Source: Vicinamibacterales bacterium
GTDB taxonomy: Bacteria > Acidobacteriota > Vicinamibacteria > Vicinamibacterales > UBA8438
DNA length: 64,000 bases
Assembly (NCBI GenBank): GCA_965222265.1
Contig: CBDCTP010000003.1
Coordinates: 2,246,280-2,310,279, forward strand
Reading direction: 5' to 3'
A program made the translations under genes and the position numbers. The notes under the pieces were generated by a model. That model was not told the DNA's origin, searched no databases, and saw nothing but the letters and a program-made list of their open reading frames with translations. Shown one piece after another: positions 29,249-38,146 of this stretch (position 1 is the first letter of the stretch; every line of letters starts with the position of its first letter).

Positions 29249-30046
29249 GTGACGGAACGTTCCACCCTGGCGCTGCCATCGGCGCTCGACCCCGGCCAGG
29301 CGGGCCGCTGGCGGCGCGTCCGCGGCGGCGGCGGCGTCGTCTGTCTGGACTACGACGGCACGCTGACGCCGATCGTCGCGCGTCCCGAGCTGGCGGCGCT
29401 GCCCGCGGCGATGCGCGCGACGCTGCGGCGGCTGGCGGCGGCGCTGCCCGTGGCCATCGTGTCCGGGCGGGACGTCGCGGTCGTGGCCGGGTTCGTCCGG
29501 CTCGACGGCCTGGCCTACGTGGGCAGCCACGGGCTCGACATCGTCGGGTTCCCCGGCAGCGGCCTCCGCAGGGAGCTGGCGCTCGACTTCGTGCCGGAGC
29601 TCGACCGCGCGGAGCGCCGGCTGCGGGCGGAGACGGCGCCGGTCGCCGGCGCCATCGTGGAGCGCAAGCGGTTCAGCGTCTCGACGCACGTCCGCCTCGT
29701 CGCGCCGGCGGAGCGCGCGCGCGTCGACGCGCTCGTGGGCCGCGTGCAGCAGGCGCATCCGTCGCTCCGCCGGGAGGGCGGCAAGCTCGTGCACGAGCTG
29801 CGGCCGGACATCGAGTGGGACAAGGGGCGGGCGGTGTGCTGGCTGGTCGAGGCCCTCGGGCGCGATCTCTCGTCCGCCCTCTTCATCGGCGACGATCTCA
29901 CTGACGAGACGGTCTTCCGCGTCCTGGCCGGGCGGGGCGCCGGCGTCGTCGTCGCCGAGACCGACCGCCCGACCGCCGCGGAGCTGCGCCTCGGCCACCC
30001 GGGCGAGGTGCGCACGCTGCTGGAGCGGCTGGCCGGGAGCGGCTGA
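29249..30046 (+). CDS. otsB: trehalose-phosphatase
   Basis: HAD motif I VCLDYDGTLTP, VAIVSGRD, ELRPDIEWDKGRAV, FIGDDLTDE. Start uncertain (GTG 29249, TTG 29246 or ATG 29159). Confidence 0.8.
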   Translation: MTERSTLALPSALDPGQAGRWRRVRGGGGVVCLDYDGTLTPIVARPELAALPAAMRATLRRLAAALPVAIVSGRDVAVVAGFVRLDGLAYVGSHGLDIVGFPGSGLRRELALDFVPELDRAERRLRAETAPVAGAIVERKRFSVSTHVRLVAPAERARVDALVGRVQQAHPSLRREGGKLVHELRPDIEWDKGRAVCWLVEALGRDLSSALFIGDDLTDETVFRVLAGRGAGVVVAETDRPTAAELRLGHPGEVRTLLERLAGSG

Positions 30047-30052
30047 TGTAGC

Positions 30053-30448
30053 CTAGTCTCCCAGCCGGGCGCCCCGGACGTGCTTGTGGCACTGGACGCA
30101 GTTGAGCGTCATCTCCATGTAGGCCAGCGACACGCCGTCGATGTTGCGTGCCGCCGCCGCCTCCATCAGCGCGTGGGCGGATCCCCGGAAGTCGGCCGCG
30201 TAGCGCAGGTACTGGGCCGTCTGGAGCGGGCTCCAGGTCGACACCTCGCTCAGGGCCACCAGCTCGTTGGCGATGCGCTCCACCCGGCCGTGATCGCCGA
30301 GCACCACCGCCGCCAGCAGCTCCTGGGCGTGGTCGAGCTTGTCGCGCATCAGTTGGCTCAGGCTGGGCACCTGCGCCGAACCGGTTGTCGTCAGCGCCAG
30401 GATCAGCAGGAGGGCCGCCGTCAGGGTGGCTCGTGTCCGTTGCCTCAT
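30053..30448 (-). CDS. cytochrome c'-like (class II) c-type cytochrome
   Basis: Signal peptide, helical body, and a single C-terminal heme motif CVQCHKH. AAGGA upstream of the ATG. Confidence 0.62.
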   Translation of the reverse strand: MRQRTRATLTAALLLILALTTTGSAQVPSLSQLMRDKLDHAQELLAAVVLGDHGRVERIANELVALSEVSTWSPLQTAQYLRYAADFRGSAHALMEAAAARNIDGVSLAYMEMTLNCVQCHKHVRGARLGD

Positions 30449-30546
30449 GATCCGTCCTTTCGCATGCATGTACGCATGATCGCATCCACGCTTGATCCGC
30501 CACAAGCTTCTGGCGGATCATTTTGCGTCACGGGAAGGAGAACGCG

Positions 30547-31026
30547 ATGAACAGGGCAGTCAGTTTCTGGGCGGTCGTGCTGGTGGTGGGGGCGCTGGGC
30601 GCGGCGGGCGCCGGCCAGGGCGCCGGCGGCAGCCTGACGGCGGCCGACTACATCGAGATTCAGCAGCTCTACGCGCGCTACGCCCGCGCCCTCGATCTGG
30701 GCGATCCCGAGGCCTGGGCCGACACGTTCACGCCGGACGGGGTGTTCCGGGACGCTGCCGGCCGCGAGCAGTTGGTGGCCTACGCCGAGAACTCGTACGG
30801 CGGCCGGCAGGGCACCGGCCGGCACTGGAACAGCCAGCTCGTCGTCACGCCGACGGCGGAGGGCGCCGACGGCAGCGCCTACCTGCTGCTGCTGAACGTC
30901 GGCACGCAGCCGCCCGGCGTCGGCCTCGCGGGCCTCTACAGCGACAAGCTGGTGAAGACGCCCGCCGGGTGGCGCTTCGAGTCGCGCCACGTCGAGATCG
31001 AGGGGCCGGCGGAGAGCGAGCAGTAG
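30547..31026 (+). CDS. SnoaL-like / NTF2-family protein, secreted
   Basis: GGAAGGAG RBS, signal peptide, and DYIEIQQLYARYARALDLGDPEAWADTFTPDGVF, typical of the SnoaL_4 family. Confidence 0.62.
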   Translation: MNRAVSFWAVVLVVGALGAAGAGQGAGGSLTAADYIEIQQLYARYARALDLGDPEAWADTFTPDGVFRDAAGREQLVAYAENSYGGRQGTGRHWNSQLVVTPTAEGADGSAYLLLLNVGTQPPGVGLAGLYSDKLVKTPAGWRFESRHVEIEGPAESEQ

Positions 31027-31030
31027 GCCA

Positions 31031-31161
31031 GGAGCCCGCGCCCGAAACGGCGCGGACTCCGCAAGGCGCGCACAGCGCGCCTCGGCGGGAGCGGCGCGGG
31101 GCGTAGGGGTCCCCGCAAGCGAACGCCGGGGGTTCGGGGCGCAGCCCCGTCCAATTGAAGC
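31031..31161 (+). repeat. structured intergenic repeat, copy C (full, with 5' hairpin H0)
   Basis: ggagcccgcgc-ccgaaacg-gcgcggactcc followed by the core ...ccccgtccaattgaagc. It starts 4 nt after the SnoaL stop, and its last base is part of the stop codon of the convergent gene at 31161. Confidence 0.95.
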
Positions 31162-32189
31162 TACCGCGCGCCGCCCGCCGCTTCCCGCTCGAGGGCCCGC
31201 GCGCCGCTCAGCGTGTGGATGACGCCGTAGTTGCCTTCGTGGCAGGCGTACTCCAGGTACGGCTGATCCAGCCGGCTGAGCGGCACCTCCACCGTCCAGG
31301 CCTCCGTGAACTTGGCCGGATCCTCGACGGTCAGCTCGTACATGAGCGTCCTGGCGTCCACCCGGGTGAAGCGCTCGACCAGGCGCATCGTCTCGGTCGG
31401 GACCCGCCAGGTGGCCAGCCACCGCTCGCTGGTCTTGTCGAGGAAGTTGGTCGTCTCGACGACGAGCGTCTCGCCCTCCCAGCGGCCCACGCCCTCGCCG
31501 AGCCAGTGGCGCACGTTGCCGTGCGCGCGTCCGTCCGTGGGGACGATGCGCCGGTCGCGGAACTGCTCGCCCTCGATGACCACCCAGCCGGGGCTCTGCG
31601 AGATCCGCTGCGGCCCGCCGGCCGTGCCGGTCCAGACCGATCCGGGCAGCCCGTCCGTCTGGCAGCGCTCCCCGGTGTCGATGTCGTGCCACGTGTTGAA
31701 CGGACCCTTGCCGTAGCTGTCGGCGTTGCGGTCGCTCTCGCGCTGCATCTCCGGCGTGAACGGGATCCGCCCGGTGGGGCCGGCGATCATCGACGTGCGC
31801 GTGAAGACGCGCTCTGGCTCGCCGGTATCCTGCCAGAAGCGGTTGTAGGTGCCGGTCGGCTGGCTCTCGGTCTCGGGGCTCGGCGCCTCGGGCGCCTGCC
31901 GGCCGTCCGTGCAGGCCCGGTAGCGCGAGGTGCCGCAACGCCCCTCGACGAGCGCCGTCGCCTCCTCGAGCGTGTAGAACTCCTTGCCGGCCAGCTCCGC
32001 CGGGCGCTCGAAGGGCGTCTCGGTCTCGTTCCGCCACACGCCCTGCAGGTCCGGCTCGCCCCCCGGCGTGCGCAGGGCCGCCGTCTCCGACTGCGGCTGG
32101 GCCGCGGCAATGCCCGCGCCCGCCGCCAGCACCGCCAACGCGCCGAGCACCGCGAGATTTGGATGGTTCATCGCATGCCTCACTGTCAT
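31161..32189 (-). CDS. conserved secreted protein, unnamed family (paralogue A)
   Basis: Signal peptide. Motifs PDLQGVW, RIVPTDGRAH, GRWEGETLVVETTNF, VERFTRVDARTLMYELTVEDP and LEYACHEGNY are shared with 32656..33492 and 61971..62948. Confidence 0.7.
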   Translation of the reverse strand: MTVRHAMNHPNLAVLGALAVLAAGAGIAAAQPQSETAALRTPGGEPDLQGVWRNETETPFERPAELAGKEFYTLEEATALVEGRCGTSRYRACTDGRQAPEAPSPETESQPTGTYNRFWQDTGEPERVFTRTSMIAGPTGRIPFTPEMQRESDRNADSYGKGPFNTWHDIDTGERCQTDGLPGSVWTGTAGGPQRISQSPGWVVIEGEQFRDRRIVPTDGRAHGNVRHWLGEGVGRWEGETLVVETTNFLDKTSERWLATWRVPTETMRLVERFTRVDARTLMYELTVEDPAKFTEAWTVEVPLSRLDQPYLEYACHEGNYGVIHTLSGARALEREAAGGAR

Positions 32190-32191
32190 CG

Positions 32192-32623
32192 TCAGCGCTC
32201 GGTCGGATCGCGCCCGTCGAGCGGCGCGCCAGTCCCGGACGAGCCCAGGAACAGATGCGTCCCGTCGGGGAACGTCAGATCCCTGCCGTTAGCGCGATTG
32301 CTGCCGTCGATCGCCTGGTAGCCGTCCACGACGATCTGCTGCCCGGGCTGCAGCGAGTCCTTCCTGAAGCCGCGCCGCACGAGCGAGTTCGGGGGGCCGC
32401 CCTCGACCATCCACTGCTCCACCGTGCCGTCGGGCCGCGTCACGTCGAGATGGATCCAGGCGTGCGGGTTGATCCATTCCATCCGCGTCACCGTGCCCTC
32501 GAGCTGGATGGGCTTGTTGGCGTCGAACTCCGCCCCGAACGCGTGGTGCGCCAGGGCCGGCCCCGCCGGCAGGCTCAGCATGAGCCCGGCGCAGGCCGCC
32601 GCAACGATTCGCTCCGTTCGCAT
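32192..32623 (-). CDS. DUF6152-like small secreted protein
   Basis: GGAGGTG RBS, signal peptide ending ALAHHAFGAEFD, then QLEGTVTRMEWINPHAWIHLDV and WMVEGGPPNSLVRRGF. Confidence 0.68.
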   Translation of the reverse strand: MRTERIVAAACAGLMLSLPAGPALAHHAFGAEFDANKPIQLEGTVTRMEWINPHAWIHLDVTRPDGTVEQWMVEGGPPNSLVRRGFRKDSLQPGQQIVVDGYQAIDGSNRANGRDLTFPDGTHLFLGSSGTGAPLDGRDPTER

Positions 32624-32655
32624 CGGATGCACCTCCACCTGTTGTCGCGTCCGAA

Positions 32656-33492
32656 TCAGGGCGCCGGATTGCTCAGCGAGCCCAGCAGCAGCGGCTCGAC
32701 GAACTCGAGGCACCGGAAGTCCATCACCTGCGCCCTCGCGTCCATGCGCCGGTACAGCGGCATCCGCATCGTCCAGGGCCGCTCGAACACGTTCGGATCC
32801 TCGATGGTGACCTCGTAGTCGAGATGGTACGGCGTCAGCGGCGTGTAGCGCTCGACCACGTGCAGCGCGTCGCTGTGGAAGTTGCCGGCCCGGTCGAACC
32901 AGGTGAGGCCGTTGAAGCCGGTGACGTCGACCACCAGCGTGTCGCCGTCCCAGCGCCCGTTGGACCACCCCATCCAGCTGTCGATGGCCGGCTCCTCGTG
33001 GTTGGCGAGGTGGACGATGCGCGTGGCGCTCGAGAACTCGTACGCGATGGTGATCTCGTCGGCGCCCTGCACGATCTGGAACGGGAACGGGAGGTACGTC
33101 GCGCGCGGCACGCCCGGCAGGTAGCACTTCACCTCCGGGTCGCCGATCTCCCGGTTCCAGGGATCGACCACCATCCGCTGCTCGAAGTTCTCGCGCTTCC
33201 GCGCGGCGGCCCAGGGTTGGTACGGGATGGCGCCGTCGACCACCCCGTGGCCGGCCGGAACCGCGCCGATCGCGCCCATGGCGAGCACCGCCGGGGGCTG
33301 CGCGACGTGATCCTCGACGTCCCAGTGGGCCGTGCCGAGCGCCTGCCAGATGCCGTTGAGGTCGGGGCGGTCCGTCCCGGGCAGCCTGGCCGCCCGGTAG
33401 TCCTCCGTCTGCGCCGCCGGCCACGCCGCGGCGACAGCCACCAACGCCGCCGCGACCGCGCCCCGCGTCATGCCTGGGATCCGTATCGACAT
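32656..33492 (-). CDS. conserved secreted protein, unnamed family (paralogue B, divergent)
   Basis: PDLNGIW, SNGRWDGDTLVVDVTGF and VERYTPLTPYHLDYEVTIEDPNVFERPWT. It lacks the EYACHEGN motif. Confidence 0.68.
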   Translation of the reverse strand: MSIRIPGMTRGAVAAALVAVAAAWPAAQTEDYRAARLPGTDRPDLNGIWQALGTAHWDVEDHVAQPPAVLAMGAIGAVPAGHGVVDGAIPYQPWAAARKRENFEQRMVVDPWNREIGDPEVKCYLPGVPRATYLPFPFQIVQGADEITIAYEFSSATRIVHLANHEEPAIDSWMGWSNGRWDGDTLVVDVTGFNGLTWFDRAGNFHSDALHVVERYTPLTPYHLDYEVTIEDPNVFERPWTMRMPLYRRMDARAQVMDFRCLEFVEPLLLGSLSNPAP

Positions 33493-33574
33493 CGCTCGGG
33501 CACCCCCTGGATGGATTCTGAGCGTGCCGCCCGGCACTGTCAAGCAGCAGGCCGCGCCGCGCGCCGGCCTGCCC

Positions 33575-33690
33575 GGAGCCCGCGCCGCGGAGCAAGGCGC
33601 GCACGGCGCGCCTCGGCGGGAGCGGCGCGGGGCTGTGGGGTCCCCGCAAGCGGACGCCGGGGGTTCGGGGCACAGCCCCGTCAAAATCTA
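33575..33690 (+). repeat. structured intergenic repeat, copy D
   Basis: ggagcccgcgccgcggagcaaggcgcgcacggcgcgcctcggcggg...ggggcacagccccgtcaaaatcta. The H0 hairpin is collapsed. The 3' end abuts the stop codon at 33688-33690. Confidence 0.93.
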
Positions 33691-34860
33691 GAAGAACCAG
33701 CTGAAGGAGAGATACCCGGTCAGGCCGAGCAGGCCGTACACGGACGGAATCGGCAGCTCGTCGGTGATCTCGTCCGGGCCGATCCCGAAGAATGCGCCGC
33801 CGGCGACCGCCGCGTCGTTGCCGGCCGAGTACGCGACGCTCGGTCCGAAGATCGCGCTGCGGTCGTTGAGGTTCGAGAGCCACAGCCCGGCGACGCTCCA
33901 GAGCGGATGCAACCGGTACGACGCCTGGACGACCGCCTCGTCCCGGCCGAGCACCTGCTGCTCCCCGCGGAGGTAGGTGTCGGATTGCAGCAGGTCGAGG
34001 TACTCGCCGGGATCGGCGGTTCCGAGCCCGTCGCGCTGGTACTCGACGAGGAGCATGAGATCGTTGCCGCCCACCTGCAGCAGGCGATCGAATCCCAGCG
34101 TGCCGCGAAACACCAGCGCGTGGTCGAGGCGGCGGAGCGTCCCCTCGCCCCGCACGGCCCAGCCCCCGAGCGCGCCGGCGGCGCCGAGGGCGCCGGCCGC
34201 GTCCCCGTAGAGGGCGCCGCCCCAGCCCGAGATCTCCCAGTTGCGCACGGTGGTGAGGCCACGGGCGAGCGCCGTCCATTCCTCGCCGGCCGGCGAGTGG
34301 GTGGGGCGCACGACGACGTCGATCTCGCTGAACGGGCCCGGGTAGTAGCGGGCGCGGACGGCGTCGACCCCGGCCCGGAACTCCCGGAACGGATCGACGG
34401 GGCTGAACGGCGTGAACGGGTCGCTCGGCGTGAGGAAGAGGGCCGTGCCCCACGACACCGCCTGCCGGCCGGCGGTGATCTCGAGCCGCTCGGAGGGCTC
34501 CCAGCCGACGTTCAGGCGGTCGAAGCGGTGCTGCCAGGCGACGTGCTCGCGCTCGACGAGCGTCCACTGCAGGTCCAGCCATTCGCCGCCGCCGGGCACG
34601 GCGCCGAGGCTGAAGCCCGGCAGCGTGGCGACCCGCCGCAGGGTCAGCACATGCTCGTAGGCAGCCTCGAGCCGGAACGGTCCCGCCGCCGGCTCGGTGG
34701 ACAACCGAAACCGGTTGAAGTCGCTCAGCCCGCCGCCCGCCGCGCCGCCGAGCGGGACGTTCTGCACGTAGCCCGACAGCGGCAGCGGCTGTCCGAAGGA
34801 CGTGCCGGAGAGAGCGGCGAGCGCCGCGACCGTACAGGCTGCACGGACGCGGCTGGTCAT
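33688..34860 (-). CDS. putative outer-membrane beta-barrel protein
   Basis: Signal peptide, alternating amphipathic strands, and a C-terminal aromatic signature LSFSWFF. It is the last gene of the LolA-like/ABC operon. Confidence 0.55.
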   Translation of the reverse strand: MTSRVRAACTVAALAALSGTSFGQPLPLSGYVQNVPLGGAAGGGLSDFNRFRLSTEPAAGPFRLEAAYEHVLTLRRVATLPGFSLGAVPGGGEWLDLQWTLVEREHVAWQHRFDRLNVGWEPSERLEITAGRQAVSWGTALFLTPSDPFTPFSPVDPFREFRAGVDAVRARYYPGPFSEIDVVVRPTHSPAGEEWTALARGLTTVRNWEISGWGGALYGDAAGALGAAGALGGWAVRGEGTLRRLDHALVFRGTLGFDRLLQVGGNDLMLLVEYQRDGLGTADPGEYLDLLQSDTYLRGEQQVLGRDEAVVQASYRLHPLWSVAGLWLSNLNDRSAIFGPSVAYSAGNDAAVAGGAFFGIGPDEITDELPIPSVYGLLGLTGYLSFSWFF

Positions 34861-34872
34861 TGCTTCACGGCT

Positions 34873-35568
34873 TCACGAGCGCCGCTCGTCGGAATCGATG
34901 GCGCCGTCCACCATCCGGATCAGGCGCCGCGCGCGCTCCATGACGCGGCCGTCGTGGGTGGCGAAGACGAACGTCACGCCCAGGTCGCGGTTCAGCTCGG
35001 CCATGACGTCGAGCAGCGCCTCGCTGGCCGCCGAGTCGAGGTTGGCCGTCGGCTCGTCGGCCAGCACCAGCGCCGGCCGGCTGGCCACCGCGCGCACCAC
35101 GGCGACCCGCTGCTGCTGCCCGCCCGACAGCTTGCCCGGACGCCGGTCCTCCAGCCCGTCCATGTCCGTCCGCGCGAACAGCTCGCGGACGCGCGCGTGA
35201 CGCTCCGCGGCGTCGACGCCCTGGAGGAGCATCGGAAACTCCGCGTTCTCGAGGGCCGTGAGCACCGGCAGCAGGTTGTAGGCCTGGAAGACGAAGCCGA
35301 CCTGCCCGAGCCGCAGCCGCGCCAGCTCCTGGCTCGTCATGCCGCTCACCTCGTGCCCCGCCACCCAGACGCGGCCCCGCGTGGGGCGTGTCAGGCCGCC
35401 GATCAGGTTGAGGAGGGTGGTCTTGCCGGACCCCGACGGCCCGGCGAGCGCCGTGAGCTCGCCGGGCGCCACGGTCAGGTCCACGCCGCGGACCGCCTGC
35501 ACCTCCTCGGCTTCCTGCTTGAAGATCTTCCAGACGCCTTCGGTCCGGACAGCCTCGTTGTTTGCCAT
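34873..35568 (-). CDS. ABC transporter ATP-binding protein (LolD/MacB-type)
   Basis: [42 protein letters not shown]. Confidence 0.9.
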   Translation of the reverse strand: MANNEAVRTEGVWKIFKQEAEEVQAVRGVDLTVAPGELTALAGPSGSGKTTLLNLIGGLTRPTRGRVWVAGHEVSGMTSQELARLRLGQVGFVFQAYNLLPVLTALENAEFPMLLQGVDAAERHARVRELFARTDMDGLEDRRPGKLSGGQQQRVAVVRAVASRPALVLADEPTANLDSAASEALLDVMAELNRDLGVTFVFATHDGRVMERARRLIRMVDGAIDSDERRS

Positions 35569-35589
35569 GGGATCTCGCGGAGACGAGCG

Positions 35590-36876
35590 CTAGCGGTCGA
35601 ACTTCATCGCCTCGGCCACGTCGACCCGGGCCGCGCGCAGGGCGGGATAGATCGACGCAACGACGCCGACCGACAGGATGAACACGACGATCTGCAGCAG
35701 GCGCCGCGCCCCGAAGAGCGGGACGATGAGCGGATCGATGACCGCACCCGAGAAGGTCATCTCGCCGATGTCCTCCATGAGCGCCGAGGCGTCCAGGCCG
35801 TCGCCGAAGAAGTACCAGGTGCCCAGAAGCCCCAGGGCCACGCCGAGCAGCCCACTGACGGCCGAGAGCGTCAGTCCCTCGACCAGCACGATGGCGCCGG
35901 TCTGGCGCGGCGTCAGCCCCAGCGCCTGCAGCACGCCGAACTCGCGGCGGCGGTGCATCACCGACATCAGGACCGTGTTGACGATGCCGAAAGCGATGAT
36001 GACGAACAGGAAGCCCTGCACCAGGTAGTTGCCCAAGTCGTCGATCGCGACCGCCGCGGCGAGCGCCGGGTCCGCCTCGCGCCAGCCCATGACGCGCACG
36101 TCGCCGCGCGTGACCGGGTCCGCCAGCGCGCGTTCGAGGTGGCCCCTGACGAGCGCCGTGGCGGCGCTGCCGTCCAGCACGGCGCCGACGTTCGTGACGT
36201 CGCTTTGCGACCCGAGCCAGTCGCCCGCCGTGGCGAGCGGGATGTGGATCGTCATCTGGTCGACGGCCGGCACGCCGCTGCGGAAGATGCCGACCACCCG
36301 CAGCAGCTGGCCGGCGATCTCGCGCTCGGTGTCCTGGGCCTGCACCACGAAGCGCGATCCGAGCCGCAGCTCCAGGCTGTCGACCAGCTCGGCGCCGACG
36401 TAGGCCGCGAGCCGGTCGTCCGGCTCCAGGTAGCGTCCCTCGACGATCTGATCGTCGATCATGCCGAAGCCCGTTTCGGCCACCGGATCCACCGCCACGA
36501 TCCGGGCCGGCCGCGCGCCGGCGCTCGAGCTCGCCAGACCGTTGATGCTCAGCTTCGCCGAGAGGGCGACCACGTGCGGCGCGACCTCCGGCGCGGCGAG
36601 GGCCTGCTCGGCCGCGCGCCGCACGTCGGCCGGCAGGCGATCGTCGATCCGCCGGCTCACGCGGTACTCGGGACGCTCGACGGTGACGTGGCCGTTGCCC
36701 AGGCGGACGCCGGAGTCGATCCACTGCTCGTGGCCGCCGTCGCCGATCGTGAACGAGAAGACCAGCAGCGCGCCGCCGACGATCATCGCCGAGGCGGTCA
36801 GGACGGTGCGCCGCAGGTGGCGCCGCAGGTTGCGCATGGCCAGGACGACGAGGACGCGGGCGTGCATCTTCTGCAT
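35590..36876 (-). CDS. FtsX-like ABC permease
   Basis: N-terminal AMRNLRRHLRRTVLT, a large periplasmic loop, and C-terminal FtsX helices ending YPALRAARVDVAEAMKFDR. Confidence 0.85.
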   Translation of the reverse strand: MQKMHARVLVVLAMRNLRRHLRRTVLTASAMIVGGALLVFSFTIGDGGHEQWIDSGVRLGNGHVTVERPEYRVSRRIDDRLPADVRRAAEQALAAPEVAPHVVALSAKLSINGLASSSAGARPARIVAVDPVAETGFGMIDDQIVEGRYLEPDDRLAAYVGAELVDSLELRLGSRFVVQAQDTEREIAGQLLRVVGIFRSGVPAVDQMTIHIPLATAGDWLGSQSDVTNVGAVLDGSAATALVRGHLERALADPVTRGDVRVMGWREADPALAAAVAIDDLGNYLVQGFLFVIIAFGIVNTVLMSVMHRRREFGVLQALGLTPRQTGAIVLVEGLTLSAVSGLLGVALGLLGTWYFFGDGLDASALMEDIGEMTFSGAVIDPLIVPLFGARRLLQIVVFILSVGVVASIYPALRAARVDVAEAMKFDR

Positions 36877-36880
36877 TCGT

Positions 36881-38140
36881 CTAGAGTCCCGAGAGGGTGT
36901 CGGCGGGCGGCACGCGCGCGGCCCGCAGCGCCGGGTAGAAGGCGGCGACCAGCGCCGTCACGAGCAGCCCGACCGTCGCCCAGCTCCAGGCCGGCACGTT
37001 GAGGCCCACGCGCAGGCTGGGCGTCAGCAGCGCGCCCTGCAGGGTGACGTTGCCGTAGAGCCACTCCAGGCTGGGCGGGGCGGCGTAGAACCAGGTCATC
37101 AACGGCGCCGTGATGGCCGCGCCGACGGCGAGGCTGACCGCGCCGATCGCCAGCGCCTCGTACAGCACCGTGCCCACGACCGACCAGGGCGACGCCCCCA
37201 GCGCCAGCATGACCGCGAACTCGCGCCGGCGCTCGAAGGTGGCCATCAGCATCGTGTTCGCGATGCCGAAGCTGGCGATCGCGAAGATGATGACGATGAA
37301 GATCCAGTACATCGAGTCGACGAGCGCGACGTACTCGGTGAGCACGGGGTTGAGCTCCATCCAGGGCGCGACCTCGAGGCCCCGCTCGGCGGCGCCGATC
37401 GCCGCGCCGAGGCGCGCGGCGGTCGCGCCCGCGAGCGACGGATCGGCGGTCGCGATCGCGATCTCGTGGATGCGGTCCGGACCGAGCGCCGCGAGCGCCT
37501 GGAGGTCGGCCAGCGGCATGACCGCGGTGTTGGCGTCGAACTCGACCAGCCCGGTGCGGTAGATGCCCGCGACGGTGTAGAGGTCGTTGGCCAGCGATCC
37601 GTCCGCGGCGGGGGCGACGACGATCAGCTCGTCGCCGACGCCGATCGCGAGCTGGCGCGACATCTCCTCGCCGATGACCACCTCGTACGCGCCGGCGGCC
37701 GGCAGCCGGCCCGCCAGCAGCGGATCGAGGAAGCGGGTCAGCGCGATCTCGCGCTCGGGATCGACCCCCTGCAGCAGGCCCGCCGACGTCGCCTCGCCCG
37801 AGCTGACCAGCCCCCCGGCGTACACGCGGGGCGCCGCGGCGACCACGTCCGGGTCGGCGTCGATCGCGCGCAGCAACGCCTCGACGTCGGCGCCCTCGCG
37901 CCCGCCGATGGTGTCGTACAGGCTGCGCTCGGGCCGGTACTCGGCGTCGTGGATCTCGATCTGCCCGCTGACGAGCGACGTCGCGTTCTCGACGAGCTCG
38001 GCCGAGATGCCCTCGGCCCACCCGACCATGAACACCACGGCGAAGTAGCCGACACCGAGCCCGAGCGCGGTGAGCAGGGTGCGCCTGCGGTTGCGGCCGA
38101 GGTTGCGCCAGCCGATGCGCCACCACGTCGACGGGTGCAT
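36881..38140 (-). CDS. FtsX-like ABC permease
   Basis: WRNLGRNRRRTLLTALG, a periplasmic loop, and a C-terminal FYPALRAARVPPADTL. Confidence 0.85.
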   Translation of the reverse strand: MHPSTWWRIGWRNLGRNRRRTLLTALGLGVGYFAVVFMVGWAEGISAELVENATSLVSGQIEIHDAEYRPERSLYDTIGGREGADVEALLRAIDADPDVVAAAPRVYAGGLVSSGEATSAGLLQGVDPEREIALTRFLDPLLAGRLPAAGAYEVVIGEEMSRQLAIGVGDELIVVAPAADGSLANDLYTVAGIYRTGLVEFDANTAVMPLADLQALAALGPDRIHEIAIATADPSLAGATAARLGAAIGAAERGLEVAPWMELNPVLTEYVALVDSMYWIFIVIIFAIASFGIANTMLMATFERRREFAVMLALGASPWSVVGTVLYEALAIGAVSLAVGAAITAPLMTWFYAAPPSLEWLYGNVTLQGALLTPSLRVGLNVPAWSWATVGLLVTALVAAFYPALRAARVPPADTLSGL

Positions 38141-38146
38141 GTGAGG

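Noticed and set aside
32824-37002. Very long six-frame ORFs. Examples: 32824..37002 + (1392 aa), 58595..62125 + (1176 aa), 8389..12069 - (1226 aa), 45673..48711 - (1012 aa), 51666..55313 - (1215 aa) and 2925..4442 - (505 aa).
   Set aside because: They are antisense or out of frame to genes with clear family motifs, or they are read-through fusions of several real genes. Their translations are Arg/Ala/Gly/Pro-rich low-complexity strings, typical of stop-poor frames in DNA of about 70% G+C. Only the motif-bearing segments were annotated.
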